64,000 nucleotides of DNA from Thermoplasmatota archaeon. GTDB lineage: Archaea > Thermoplasmatota > Poseidoniia > MGIII > CG-Epi1. The stretch spans positions 2,125-66,124 of the forward strand of contig JAYYHK010000036.1 of NCBI GenBank assembly GCA_036148495.1, given 5' to 3'. The translations under genes and the position numbers were made by a program. Below, piece after piece: positions 1 to 9,757 of this stretch. Under the pieces are notes generated by a model, which made no database searches, had not been told where the DNA came from, and saw only the letters and a program-made list of their open reading frames with translations. The number at the start of each line of letters is the position of its first letter. Positions within the stretch are counted from its first letter, which is position 1.

Positions 1-171
1 GAATCCGTTGGAACAAACTACGAGGGAGCTTCCGGAATCATCAATTTCCTACCTAACGGAGATATTGGTGGTAATGGATACGATTTCTGTACCTACGGTG
101 GAGACGATGCAGCAGGAACATACACTTGCAGCAAGTTCTGGACCGCAGAGAACGGAGTCGAGTCAGCATAG
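1..171 (+). CDS. 3' end of branched-chain amino acid ABC transporter substrate-binding protein (partial, runs off the window start)
   Basis: Frame 1 reads ESVGTNYEGASGIINFLPNGDIGGNGYDFCTY...VESA* with TAG at 169-171. 'YEGASGxIxFxxNGD' is the typical C-terminal motif of LivJ/LivK-type binding proteins, and it lies directly upstream of liv permease and ATPase genes. Not in the ORF track. Confidence 0.8.
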   Translation, partial: ESVGTNYEGASGIINFLPNGDIGGNGYDFCTYGGDDAAGTYTCSKFWTAENGVESA

Positions 172-205
172 AAAAAGTCCAAATTTAATTTGGAAAACGT
201 AAGAG

Positions 206-238
206 CGCTGCAGCAGGTTCACCGAGCCTGCTGTGGTG
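206..238 (+). other. GC-rich intergenic stem-loop between the binding-protein and permease genes
   Basis: cgctg-cagcaggttc-acc-gagcctgctg-tggtg folds into a 15-bp stem with G-U pairs. A second inverted repeat, tccaaat-tta-atttgga, lies at 178-194. Confidence 0.55.
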
Positions 239-308
239 TCATACACGTTTCTTAGGGATTTAATTTTTTTAAGTCGGCTTTTGATAGGAATGTGTTATTA
301 GGTTTAAT

Positions 309-3300
309 ATGATAAAAGCTGACTTAATCAATAATTGGAACTCGCTTACTGGGCTAGTTCAAAGACTAATAATAGTATTTTTTCTTTTTTTGGATTCTTA
401 TATTGGTTTGATATATCAAAGAGGATCTCTTAACTTTATTGATTTAATTTTGTTGGGTAGCCTACCTCCTGATTTCGTATGGTTACTTCAAACATTTCAA
501 ATGATATGCATGGGATTTTTACTTGTAAAGATATTATTTGATGATGTGCCACCCTCTAGATTGCGAACTGTCATAATGTGTTTATCTCCGTTTTTATTAG
601 TATTGCACGTTCTTCTATCCCTTCACATTTTAATGCTTGGCCAAGGCTTGGTAGCTAATCTCACATTCAATCTAGGTACAATCGGTATTTCAACACTAAC
701 GTGGTCTTCAACTTACCTTGCTATTGCGGTAGGTTGTACGTTAACTTACAGTGTCCAGAGGTATGGTAATTTTGCCCAAAGCGAGTTTTTCATGTTGGGA
801 ATGTATGTAGGAATTGCATTTATGTGGACAGACTTACTATTTCCAATTAGCGAAGCTCCATCAGATGGAACTTTGGTATGGTCCTTATTTGCATACGTTG
901 TTTTAGGTGCTTTCGTTTTAACAGGTATAGCTGGAGTTATCATAGATCGTTTAGTTTTCAAAGGATTTAGAGATAGTAAATCTTCATCAGATGTAATGAT
1001 GATAGCTTCTTTAGGCGTTGCAATGATTCTTAGATCCTTAATCTATTTGCGTTTTGGGTCTAACACTAAACGTTTTGTTCCAGACAAAGATTGGATGTCA
1101 AGTGAACAACGGTGGGAAATTTCTACGCATACTGCAAAAATAAATCTAGGAAATTTAAATTGGCCAGTTATCGAAGAAAGCACTACTAACTATGCATATA
1201 ATAATGCCTTTTTGCCGATTGTAATTTTCACCAGTGTATTTCTTTTAGTTATACTCCTAAATTATACACGTTTAGGTCGCAGAATGAGAGCTGTTGCAGA
1301 TAATCCAGAGCTAGCGGCTAGTAGCGGAATTAATGTTGAAAGAGTGCAGATGGCAAGTGCATTCTTGTCTGCAGGAATATCTGGTCTAGGTGGGGCGGTT
1401 TTCGGACTTACGGTACTATTCAGTCCACAAACAGCCTTTACCCTTCTCTTACCTGCTTTTGCAGTTATAGTTCTGGGCACCATAGGCTCAGTGCAAGGCG
1501 CAATTGTAGCTTCTCTAATTATTGGGTTTGTAAGGGCTATTTCTGAGCCAGTCTTATCAGGAATAGGAAATCCTTTAGAGAGAACAAATTATTTTGCTCT
1601 CGCAGGGGTTACTCCATATGCAATAATCATAGCAATTTTATTGATTATGCCTGAAGGAATAGGTAAAGCCTATGAAGAATGGAACATAGAAAGGATACGA
1701 AAACGTGCGGCAGTCAGAAGGAAATTGAGTGCAACAAAATCGACAATTTTAGGAGTTCTGTTTGGTTGGGCAGGTGCCCATCACATTTCTCAGGGAAGAA
1801 ATTCCCGCGGTTGCTTAATGCTAGTTCTAACGATAAGTTCGTACATTCTGGGAATGTCCTTGTCTTTCATTCGTGAAAACTCATTTGCTGGCCAGGGTAA
1901 GTTATCGCCTCCTGAAGGCCTTAACTCAAATATGCATGAAACTTGGCTTTCAGTTGTTGAAAGGGAGCAAACACTGATTGAGATATTAGGCCTATTTGGA
2001 GATATATTGTGGCCTTGGGTTCCTATCTTTATTTGGTTATTTGCAATTTATGAATCTTATTTAATATACAATAATCAATACAAAGATTTATTGCAAAACC
2101 CTAAAGCAAGAGTTATGGATTTTATTGACAAATATACTGTACTTTTATCAGAACGATTTAAGTCCTCTAAAGACAGATTTCAATTTGCGCCAAGTGAGTC
2201 TAAGTATACGGATTATGTTAATGAATATCTTCATAGTATTAATTCATTTGTTGGGGGAAAGTTTAGCCAATTATCTTCTACATTTTACGAAAAAGTCGGT
2301 GCGGAGTACGGTAAGGAATCAGAGAAAGGATCAAATGCTTTATTTTTAGTATTTCTCCTGATATTAATTTTAGTTGTCAGCTGGCTTCCGTCAGTGAATG
2401 ATTTTACAAAATTACTCCAGGTCTCAAATTTTCTAATTACGCTTTCTATTTTTTTACTTTTAGCTTTCTCCTTGAACATTCACACAGGAATGACTGGTCT
2501 AGTTAATTTTGGAGTTATTTTCTTTGTAGCTATTGGAGCAATAATTGTTGGAGTTTTAACTGCATCAAGTGATGTATTTGGTTACGATTGGCCTATATTT
2601 CCGGCTTTAATTGTCGCAGTAATTGTAGGCGGCTTTTTCGGATGGTTGTTAGCCTATCCTACAGCTAGATTAAGAACAGATTACTTTGCAATTATTACCA
2701 TTTCATTGGGTGAAATATTAAGGATATTGCTAATGGGAGAGCCTCTTCTTCGTGTTGGAGGTAATGCTTCAGCCATTGGAATTCAGTCTTATCCTCTGCC
2801 CTTACAGGAGTGGTGGTTTTGTGGTTCAGAAACGCCAGTTTCCTCAACTGGAACTAAATACTCACCGTTAGCTTGTTCAGCAGATCCTGAAATAGACAGT
2901 ATGGCACGTAAAGTAGCCGAACTTCTAGAAGTGACTGGTATTGATCTAGAAGGCAAAGCCGCGCCTTACATGCTACTTTTATCAATAATGGGAATATTTA
3001 CTGCACTGGTCGTTTGGAAAGTGTTGGATATTTTATTCAAATCACCTTGGGGTAGAATTTTGCGCTCCATAAGGGAAGATGAAGAAGTTGCTCAACATCA
3101 CGGACATGATATTTTCACTCACAAAGCTAGAAGTCTTGCATTAGGAGGAGCAATTGCAGCCTTAGCTGGGGCCTTTTGGGCATGGAAGCTAACAGGTTTT
3201 CAGCCTAGTTTCATGTCTCCTGCTAAATCCACATTTTTGGTTTGGGCCGCTTTCATTATAGGAGGTGCAGGTAATAACAAAGGAATGTTAATAGGAGCCA

Positions 3301-3731
3301 TGATTATAACTCTCACAGAGTTCCTCTTTAATGTTTTAGTGGCAGCTCAAGGTAGTTCAACACTTCCTCTGGCAGATACTTCCTCATTTATTGATGAAAA
3401 GTTTGTTTGGATGGTAACGTCTCCATTAGAAGTTGGCTCCATATTGTTCATAATCTCAGTTGCATTATTGTTTTTGAGGAAATATGAATTTTCTGAAGTA
3501 TTCTTTTGGTTTTCTCTTATTTTCATTGTATGTCACCTTGTCTTTGATGACCGTTCAATTGACTTGGTATTTCCCGAAGCACTAGGAGGAATTAAAGCCC
3601 AGATGACTTACATCAAATTGATGCTAATTGGATTGCTGATTATGCTATCGTTAAAGTATAATCCAAAGGGTTTACTTCCTGAAGTTCCATATCGTCCCGA
3701 GCGTCCAAAGGAGGCCGTGAAAGATGAGTAA
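309..3731 (+). CDS. livHM: Fused LivH-LivM branched-chain amino acid ABC permease with an internal TM2-like insertion
   Basis: The N-terminal half has LivH motifs (LAIAVGCTLTY...NFAQSEF, TRLGRRMRAVADNPELAASSGINV). The C-terminal half has LivM motifs (GMTGLVNFG, RLRTDYFAIITISLGEI, SPWGRILRSIREDEEVA, PKGLLPE). Confidence 0.9.
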   Translation: MIKADLINNWNSLTGLVQRLIIVFFLFLDSYIGLIYQRGSLNFIDLILLGSLPPDFVWLLQTFQMICMGFLLVKILFDDVPPSRLRTVIMCLSPFLLVLHVLLSLHILMLGQGLVANLTFNLGTIGISTLTWSSTYLAIAVGCTLTYSVQRYGNFAQSEFFMLGMYVGIAFMWTDLLFPISEAPSDGTLVWSLFAYVVLGAFVLTGIAGVIIDRLVFKGFRDSKSSSDVMMIASLGVAMILRSLIYLRFGSNTKRFVPDKDWMSSEQRWEISTHTAKINLGNLNWPVIEESTTNYAYNNAFLPIVIFTSVFLLVILLNYTRLGRRMRAVADNPELAASSGINVERVQMASAFLSAGISGLGGAVFGLTVLFSPQTAFTLLLPAFAVIVLGTIGSVQGAIVASLIIGFVRAISEPVLSGIGNPLERTNYFALAGVTPYAIIIAILLIMPEGIGKAYEEWNIERIRKRAAVRRKLSATKSTILGVLFGWAGAHHISQGRNSRGCLMLVLTISSYILGMSLSFIRENSFAGQGKLSPPEGLNSNMHETWLSVVEREQTLIEILGLFGDILWPWVPIFIWLFAIYESYLIYNNQYKDLLQNPKARVMDFIDKYTVLLSERFKSSKDRFQFAPSESKYTDYVNEYLHSINSFVGGKFSQLSSTFYEKVGAEYGKESEKGSNALFLVFLLILILVVSWLPSVNDFTKLLQVSNFLITLSIFLLLAFSLNIHTGMTGLVNFGVIFFVAIGAIIVGVLTASSDVFGYDWPIFPALIVAVIVGGFFGWLLAYPTARLRTDYFAIITISLGEILRILLMGEPLLRVGGNASAIGIQSYPLPLQEWWFCGSETPVSSTGTKYSPLACSADPEIDSMARKVAELLEVTGIDLEGKAAPYMLLLSIMGIFTALVVWKVLDILFKSPWGRILRSIREDEEVAQHHGHDIFTHKARSLALGGAIAALAGAFWAWKLTGFQPSFMSPAKSTFLVWAAFIIGGAGNNKGMLIGAMIITLTEFLFNVLVAAQGSSTLPLADTSSFIDEKFVWMVTSPLEVGSILFIISVALLFLRKYEFSEVFFWFSLIFIVCHLVFDDRSIDLVFPEALGGIKAQMTYIKLMLIGLLIMLSLKYNPKGLLPEVPYRPERPKEAVKDE

Positions 3732-4527
3732 TGTTCTAAAAGTAGATAAGATACGTAAAGAATTTGGAGGTCTTGTCGCAGTTAAAGACGTATCATTTGA
3801 GGTTAATGAAGGTGAATTTATAGGATTAATTGGTCCAAATGGTTGTGGTAAATCTACAACTTTCAATTGTATTAGCGGTTCCCTAGAACAAACTTCAGGA
3901 AAAGTTAATTTCTTTGGTAAAGATATTTCAAATTTAAGACCAGACGAAATCCAAAAAATAGGTATGACTCGAACTTTTCAACATACGAGATTATGGCGTG
4001 AAATGACTGTAATTGAAAATTTATTAGTTCCTCCTAGAGATCAATTTAAGCCAAGTATTTGGAAATCAATTTGGGAAGGCAGAGAGAACGAAAATGAAGT
4101 TAATCGCTTATCGAGAGCATATGAAGTGCTTGAGCAATTAGAAATTCCTCATATGGCTAACAACCTTGCAAGCGAACTGTCTGGAGGCCAGAGTAAACTC
4201 GTTGATATTGGGAGATCAATGATGGGAGAACCTAAGTTACTTCTACTTGATGAACCTGTTGCAGGAGTTGCAGGTCCACTTGCCATGAAAATATTTTCTA
4301 ACTTAAGGAAATTAGTTGATGATACCGGAATTTCAATTTTAATTATTGAGCATAATATGGACTTTGTCTTGAGACAGGGAGTAGATAGAATTGTAGTAAT
4401 GAATGAGGGTGAAGTTCTCATGGTAGGATCTCCTGATGAAGTTAAAGGAAGTAATGAAGTTATAGCTGCATATCTGGGTTCCTCTGAAGATTGGGAATGG
4501 GAAAAATTGGCACAGGAGGGAGACTAA
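3724..4527 (+). CDS. livG: Branched-chain amino acid ABC transporter ATP-binding protein LivG
   Basis: FGGLVAV, Walker A GPNGCGKST, RTFQ, LSGGQ signature, Walker B LLLLDEP, IEHNMD. Confidence 0.93.
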   Translation: MSNVLKVDKIRKEFGGLVAVKDVSFEVNEGEFIGLIGPNGCGKSTTFNCISGSLEQTSGKVNFFGKDISNLRPDEIQKIGMTRTFQHTRLWREMTVIENLLVPPRDQFKPSIWKSIWEGRENENEVNRLSRAYEVLEQLEIPHMANNLASELSGGQSKLVDIGRSMMGEPKLLLLDEPVAGVAGPLAMKIFSNLRKLVDDTGISILIIEHNMDFVLRQGVDRIVVMNEGEVLMVGSPDEVKGSNEVIAAYLGSSEDWEWEKLAQEGD

Positions 4528-5246
4528 TGGCAAGATGGCTTGATGTTAAAAATATTGAAGGTGGTTACGGTTCCGTCAAAATTATTCACGGAATCGATAT
4601 GCATGTTGATGAAGGTGAATTTGTGACAATTATTGGTCCTAACGGCTGTGTAAAATCGACTCTAATCAAGATAATTTTTGGAATAGCAACTCATTATGGA
4701 GGAGTTGTTATGCATAAAGGAGATAATGTTTCTGGTTGGAGAACAGATAAATTAGCATCTAGGGGGATAGCTTATGTTCCCCAGGTGGATAACGTATTTC
4801 CTTCACTATCAGTTGAAGAAAATCTACAAATGGGTGGAAATTCTCTCCCAAACAGCCTTTTGAATGAAAGGATAGGGCATGCTTTGGAAATGTTTCCAGA
4901 TTTGAAGAACCGAACTCACGATTTGGCCGCATCTCTGTCAGGTGGAGAAAGACAGATGTTAGCAATAGGAAGAGCATTGATTAATCAGCCGGATTTTTTA
5001 TTGTTAGATGAGCCTACTGCAGCGTTAAGTCCTCTTTATCAGCAACAAATTATAGAGAGAATTGATGCACTTAGGGAAGTTGGTATTACCGTTTTGATCG
5101 TAGAACAAAACGCAAGACTATCCTTAGCTAGATCTGATAGAGGATATATCTTGTCTAACGGTAAGGTTGTCCATACAGGAAATGCTGAGGACATACTAAA
5201 TGACCCTCACATTAATGAATATTTTTTAGGTACTAAAGGGGATTAG
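4527..5246 (+). CDS. livF: Branched-chain amino acid ABC transporter ATP-binding protein LivF
   Basis: GIAYVPQ, LSGGERQML, LLLDEP, LIVEQN. Start placed at ATG 4527 (TAATG overlap with the livG stop, GGAGGG upstream). Walker A is atypical (GPNGCVKST). Confidence 0.9.
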   Translation: MARWLDVKNIEGGYGSVKIIHGIDMHVDEGEFVTIIGPNGCVKSTLIKIIFGIATHYGGVVMHKGDNVSGWRTDKLASRGIAYVPQVDNVFPSLSVEENLQMGGNSLPNSLLNERIGHALEMFPDLKNRTHDLAASLSGGERQMLAIGRALINQPDFLLLDEPTAALSPLYQQQIIERIDALREVGITVLIVEQNARLSLARSDRGYILSNGKVVHTGNAEDILNDPHINEYFLGTKGD

Positions 5247-5250
5247 TTTC

Positions 5251-6186
5251 TTGGGTACTCAAAGAGCTTCCTACAATTCTAGATTAATTTATATTTTAAT
5301 GTTTTTTGTAGCTTTTTTCTGGGGTTTAGCTTGGCCCGTCGGAAGAATTCTTGCAACAGACTTGTTGAACTATCCATTCTCAGTGATGTTTTTAAGGTAC
5401 ATATTTGCAGTTCCAGTTTTATTCGGCTGGCTTTGGTTTAAGGAGGGAAATGTCATTCCTTTGAAAAGAGATTACAGCTATTTGCTGTTGTTGGCTTTTA
5501 CTTCTGTTTTTCTTTATCAGGTTGGTTACATGTATGGAATGCAAAAGACAGCAGCATCAGATGCTTCTTTGATTATAGGATTTAATCCTGTGTCGGTTTC
5601 AATATTATCTGTTTTTATTTTATCGCACAATTTGACCCGAAATGGAGTCTTAGGTATTCTTCTTAGTTTCATTGGAGTATTATTGATATTTTTAGCATCA
5701 CCTAACCTAGATATCGACTTTTATGACCGGATAGTTGGTAATGCATACATAATGCTCGGGGCTTTTGCATATGCTATTTACGTAGTATCTATGCGTAGAT
5801 ATGTTTTACTTACCCAGCATAAACCTTTGAGTTCTCTTGCTACAATTTCATGGGCGTCTTTAGTTGGGTGCATTCTTTTTGTCCCCTTTGTAATTTTAGA
5901 AGCTCCATGGGAACGTATTTGGAATAATCAAGAGTGGTTACTAATTGCTTATCTCGGAGTATTGTCTACAGCTCTGTGTTATGTCTTTTTTGCAATGGGG
6001 ATTGAAACTATCGGGGCAAATAAGGCAGCTAGTTTCATAAACGTTGTACCTATATTTGGAATATTGTCAAGTTGGATATGGATTGGAGAGAATCTGGGAT
6101 TTGTGCAGATTATTAGTTTTATTTTAATTTACTATGGAGTAAAATTAGTTAATCAACAGCCAGCAGAAGAATTGCGAAAAGAATAA
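5251..6186 (+). CDS. DMT family (EamA) transporter
   Basis: About 10 TM segments with two EamA repeats (FFWGLAWPVGR...FLRY; IGANKAASFINVVPIFGILSSWIWIGE). Confidence 0.9.
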   Translation: MGTQRASYNSRLIYILMFFVAFFWGLAWPVGRILATDLLNYPFSVMFLRYIFAVPVLFGWLWFKEGNVIPLKRDYSYLLLLAFTSVFLYQVGYMYGMQKTAASDASLIIGFNPVSVSILSVFILSHNLTRNGVLGILLSFIGVLLIFLASPNLDIDFYDRIVGNAYIMLGAFAYAIYVVSMRRYVLLTQHKPLSSLATISWASLVGCILFVPFVILEAPWERIWNNQEWLLIAYLGVLSTALCYVFFAMGIETIGANKAASFINVVPIFGILSSWIWIGENLGFVQIISFILIYYGVKLVNQQPAEELRKE

Positions 6187-6202
6187 TTTAGCCTAGGCTA
6201 AA
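6187..6202. promoter_or_regulatory. Candidate DtxR/MntR operator (perfect 16-bp palindrome TTTAGCCTAGGCTAAA)
   Basis: Perfect palindrome directly before a TATA-like TTTTAT (6205-6210) and the DtxR-family gene. It resembles the TTAG-N6-CTAA shape of DtxR/SirR boxes. Confidence 0.7.
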
Positions 6203-6222
6203 CTTTTTATTGACATAGTCTA

Positions 6223-6888
6223 ATGGACTGCATGGATTCTGTAGCTGTAGAAAATTATCTAAAGTCATTGTGGCAACTTGGGTCGGCTGACGTATCAACT
6301 TTAGATTTAGCGAATCATTTGAGCGTAGCACCAGCTTCAGCAACAAAGATGGTTAAACGACTAACGAAAAAGGGTCTTGTCAATCATACTCCATACAAGG
6401 GCGCTTCACTAACGCCAGAGGGAGAAGCTAGGGCATTATCTGTAGTCAGAAGACATCGCCTTCTTGAGACTTTTTTGTCTCAGACTCTGGATTTAGGCAG
6501 CGAGCAACTTCACGATGAAGCAGAACGTTTAGAGCACGCTTTATCTGATGATCTTGAAAAATCGATAGCAGAATATCTTGGAAATCCTACTAGAGATCCT
6601 CACGGACATCCAATACCAGGTCCAAATGGGGAATTACCTTCAGATAATGATTTAACGTTAATCAAAGCTCCTCACGGTGTTAATTTGAAAATCACCCAAG
6701 TTCCGGATAGGAATTCTGAAATGCTAACTTGGCTTAAAAAAGAAAATATTCTTCCAGGTAGAGAAATTAGTATAATATCTGAAGATAAATTTGGTGACTG
6801 CGTTTCAATAATATTAAATAAATCTGAAAAACGTGTATCACTTTCAGTTGCTAGTCAAATTTTTGTTTCAATGGAGGAAAGAGATTGA
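6223..6888 (+). CDS. DtxR/MntR family metal-dependent transcriptional regulator with C-terminal FeoA domain
   Basis: ENYLKSLW, VAPASATKMVKRL, RRHRLLETFL, EAERLEH, DPHGHPIP. The real start may be ATG 6232. Confidence 0.93.
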   Translation: MDCMDSVAVENYLKSLWQLGSADVSTLDLANHLSVAPASATKMVKRLTKKGLVNHTPYKGASLTPEGEARALSVVRRHRLLETFLSQTLDLGSEQLHDEAERLEHALSDDLEKSIAEYLGNPTRDPHGHPIPGPNGELPSDNDLTLIKAPHGVNLKITQVPDRNSEMLTWLKKENILPGREISIISEDKFGDCVSIILNKSEKRVSLSVASQIFVSMEERD

Positions 6889-8018
6889 ATAGAAAAATTA
6901 TCAACAAAGATCTTTCAAAAATTTCCTTTGAAGCTTTTTTAGATTTGTGGAAGATCAGACACCGTCGTATTGGTGTCTTGATTATTATTCTATTTTATGC
7001 ATTTTTTCCAGGTGAATTAGGAGAAGTTACACGTTTGTCATTATTCGACGCTTATATACAAGTTACAGTTTTTGTTGCAGCGACATTATTACTATTTTTT
7101 AGCCTTGAACATTTTTTTAAAATGGATGTTGGTATTTTATTGAAAAGAGGAGAAAATTGGCAAGTACCTATGGCTAGTTTTCTAGGAGCACTTCCAGGCT
7201 GTGGAGGTGCGGTTGTAGTTATTACTGCATTTGCAAGGGGGAATATTCGTTTAGGCGCTATGGTTGCAGCGCTAATTGCTACGATGGGTGATGCAGCTTT
7301 TTTACTTTTAGCTAAAGAACCTATTACTTATCTGAAGTTGATGGGAATTTCTATCTTTGCAGCAATAATCAGTGGATGGCTTGTGGATAGATTTCATCAA
7401 GGCGAGCTTTACAGTTCAGAAGTCAATAAATTAGATTGTAAAAGTATAGGAAATCTTAGGGATAGGGATAAATTGTTCATAGGCTTTGCAGCACCAGGAT
7501 TAATACTGGGAATTATTCAACTTGCTCAAATTAACGTGGCCGATTTTGGATTATTGGTTGTTTCTTTAGGTCTTTTAGGAGCATTTCTTTCAATTGTCAT
7601 TTGGGCAGTTTCACCAATAAATGCAGTATCTTCAAATGAGGATCACCCATTCACCAGGTCTACGGAGGAAGCTTCTTTTGTAACTGTTTGGGTAATTGCA
7701 GGTTTTCTGGCCTATGAGTATGCATATTCTTTTTTTGGATTAGATTTGGAGGTTCTCGCCGATGCTGCGTGGTTATTTTTACCTCTCATTGTAGTTCTCG
7801 TTGGTTTTATACCTGGATGCGGTCCCCAAGTCTTAGTTACTACGTTATACCTTAATGGCATAATTCCATTTGCAGCACTAATAGGAAATGCAATTTCTAA
7901 CGACGGTGATGCATTGTTTCCTGCAATTGCATTAACGCCTAGGATGGCAATTATAGCAACACTTTACAGTGCCATACCAGCTTTAATTATTTCGTATTTT
8001 TTCTTATTTATAGGTTAA
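6885..8018 (+). CDS. Putative manganese/metal permease (DUF2899-like)
   Basis: Multi-TM protein with duplicated motifs GALPGCGG/FIPGCGPQ, IATMGDAAF and NAISNDGDALFP. Overlaps the DtxR regulator stop codon. Confidence 0.8.
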   Translation: MNRKIINKDLSKISFEAFLDLWKIRHRRIGVLIIILFYAFFPGELGEVTRLSLFDAYIQVTVFVAATLLLFFSLEHFFKMDVGILLKRGENWQVPMASFLGALPGCGGAVVVITAFARGNIRLGAMVAALIATMGDAAFLLLAKEPITYLKLMGISIFAAIISGWLVDRFHQGELYSSEVNKLDCKSIGNLRDRDKLFIGFAAPGLILGIIQLAQINVADFGLLVVSLGLLGAFLSIVIWAVSPINAVSSNEDHPFTRSTEEASFVTVWVIAGFLAYEYAYSFFGLDLEVLADAAWLFLPLIVVLVGFIPGCGPQVLVTTLYLNGIIPFAALIGNAISNDGDALFPAIALTPRMAIIATLYSAIPALIISYFFLFIG

Positions 8019-8029
8019 TCGTTACTAAA

Positions 8030-8485
8030 TTAGTGTCTAATGTTATGCTTTTCAAAGTATTTCTGATGGTATTCCTCAGCCTTCCAAAAAGTATCAGCTT
8101 TAGTTATTTCAGTAACAATTTTCTTGTTTAGTTTCTTTTGAAATTCATTAAGCGATTTTTGAGCTAGCTCTTTTTGCTCTTCATCGTAATAAAATATTGC
8201 AGATCTGTATTGATTACCAATGTCTGGCCCCTGTCTGTTTAACGTGGTTGGGTCATGTTTTTTCCAAAATGATTCAAGTAAGTCTTCGTAACTTATTACA
8301 GTTTCATCGTAATTAATCATGACGACCTCGGCGTGTTCTGTTGAATTACTACACACTTGCTCATATGTGGGATTTGAAGTTTTACCTCCACTATATCCAG
8401 ACACAACCTCACTTACACCTTCTAATTTAGAAAAGTTGTATTCAACACCCCAAAAACATCCAGCTCCAAACATTGCTTTTTTCAT
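8030..8485 (-). CDS. msrA: Peptide-methionine (S)-S-oxide reductase
   Basis: GCFWGVE active site, DPTTLNRQGPDIGNQYRSAIFY, AEEYHQKY. Confidence 0.97.
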   Translation of the reverse strand: MKKAMFGAGCFWGVEYNFSKLEGVSEVVSGYSGGKTSNPTYEQVCSNSTEHAEVVMINYDETVISYEDLLESFWKKHDPTTLNRQGPDIGNQYRSAIFYYDEEQKELAQKSLNEFQKKLNKKIVTEITKADTFWKAEEYHQKYFEKHNIRH

Positions 8486-9690
8486 TATTTTACCCTTGAA
8501 GCAATCCAGTCCTTGAAAAGCTTCATTCCTTCTTCCAAATCCTCTATGTTAATTCCTGAAAAGGCTAGTCTTATGTACGAATCAGCTTCATTGTTTAGTG
8601 GACGTCCAAAATGGTGTCTTCCACAGAAGCTTACTCCTGTGTCCTTAAGAATAATTTTTCTAAACTCTTCTACGCTGTCGAATCCTGTATTCTTTAATAA
8701 ATCTGTTATTTTTGGGAATACATAAAATCCAGCTTCAGGCATATGGGTTTCTATTCCTTCAATATCATCCAGGATATTTACAAGTAAGTCGCGTCTTTTC
8801 TTTAAGGCATCTAGAATATCCTGCGTTTCTTTTTTTGGGGCTTTTAATCCAGCTAAACCTGCATATTGAACAAAGTGTGTTGTACATGATTCCATGTTAA
8901 CATTCAATCTATTTATCTGTTCAATTATTTCCTTTGGGCCAATAGAAGCTCCAAGCCTCCACCCAGTCATTGCAAATTTTTTTGAAAAGGTATACATTGT
9001 TAACGTTCTTTCATACATCCCAGGAAAGCTTGCTATCGATCTAGGTTCTCCCTCATAAAGCGTATCGAAGTAAGCATCATCTGAAATTAAAAACATATCA
9101 TTTTCAATAACAAGCTTTGCTAATCTCTCTATTTCATCATCAGATGAAGATGCTCCTGTTGGGTTGTTGTAATTATTGTAAAAGATGTGCTTTGCTCCAT
9201 TGCCAATTCCACTTTCAATTGCGTTAAAGTCAAGCTTCAAGCCCTCAGAAGTATTTACGTATCCATATGGTATCGCAATTCCTTTGTAAAATTCTATCTG
9301 AGATTCATATATTGGATATCCTGGGTTAGGATAAAGAACAGAGTCTCCTTTTTCCATTGTCGCAGCAATATATTTTCCGATGCTAGGTTTCCCACCAGGT
9401 TGTATTGAAACATTGTCCATATCATATTTAATTCCTCTAGCTTCCCCAACATCTACAGCTAAGGCTTCTCTTAATTCAGGAATTCCGGGTGCTGGACAAT
9501 ATCCTGTTTTACCTTGATTTATGGCTTCACTAACAGCATTACAGATTGTCTTTGGTGTGGGTAAATTGATGTCGCCTAAATGGAAAGGATATATTTTTTT
9601 GCCAGTAGCGGCCAATTCGGCAGCTTCTGCGGAAACAGCAAATGCTGTTTCACTTCCCAAAAGACTCATTCTGTTAGCAATTTTCATCAT
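8485..9690 (-). CDS. PLP-dependent aminotransferase class I/II (aspartate aminotransferase family)
   Basis: GYCPAPGIPELREALA, NNPTG, SDDAY, FSKKFAMTGWRLG (PLP lysine). Confidence 0.93.
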   Translation of the reverse strand: MMKIANRMSLLGSETAFAVSAEAAELAATGKKIYPFHLGDINLPTPKTICNAVSEAINQGKTGYCPAPGIPELREALAVDVGEARGIKYDMDNVSIQPGGKPSIGKYIAATMEKGDSVLYPNPGYPIYESQIEFYKGIAIPYGYVNTSEGLKLDFNAIESGIGNGAKHIFYNNYNNPTGASSSDDEIERLAKLVIENDMFLISDDAYFDTLYEGEPRSIASFPGMYERTLTMYTFSKKFAMTGWRLGASIGPKEIIEQINRLNVNMESCTTHFVQYAGLAGLKAPKKETQDILDALKKRRDLLVNILDDIEGIETHMPEAGFYVFPKITDLLKNTGFDSVEEFRKIILKDTGVSFCGRHHFGRPLNNEADSYIRLAFSGINIEDLEEGMKLFKDWIASRVK

Positions 9691-9757
9691 ACTTTGAATA
9701 AAACTAGGGTTTTATTGTTTGCGTAATCTTTATACGGATACATTAATAGATTGAATT

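Noticed and set aside
8..202. 64-aa ORF in the track
   Set aside because: Shadow frame. Frame 1 (1-171) encodes a recognisable binding-protein C-terminus.
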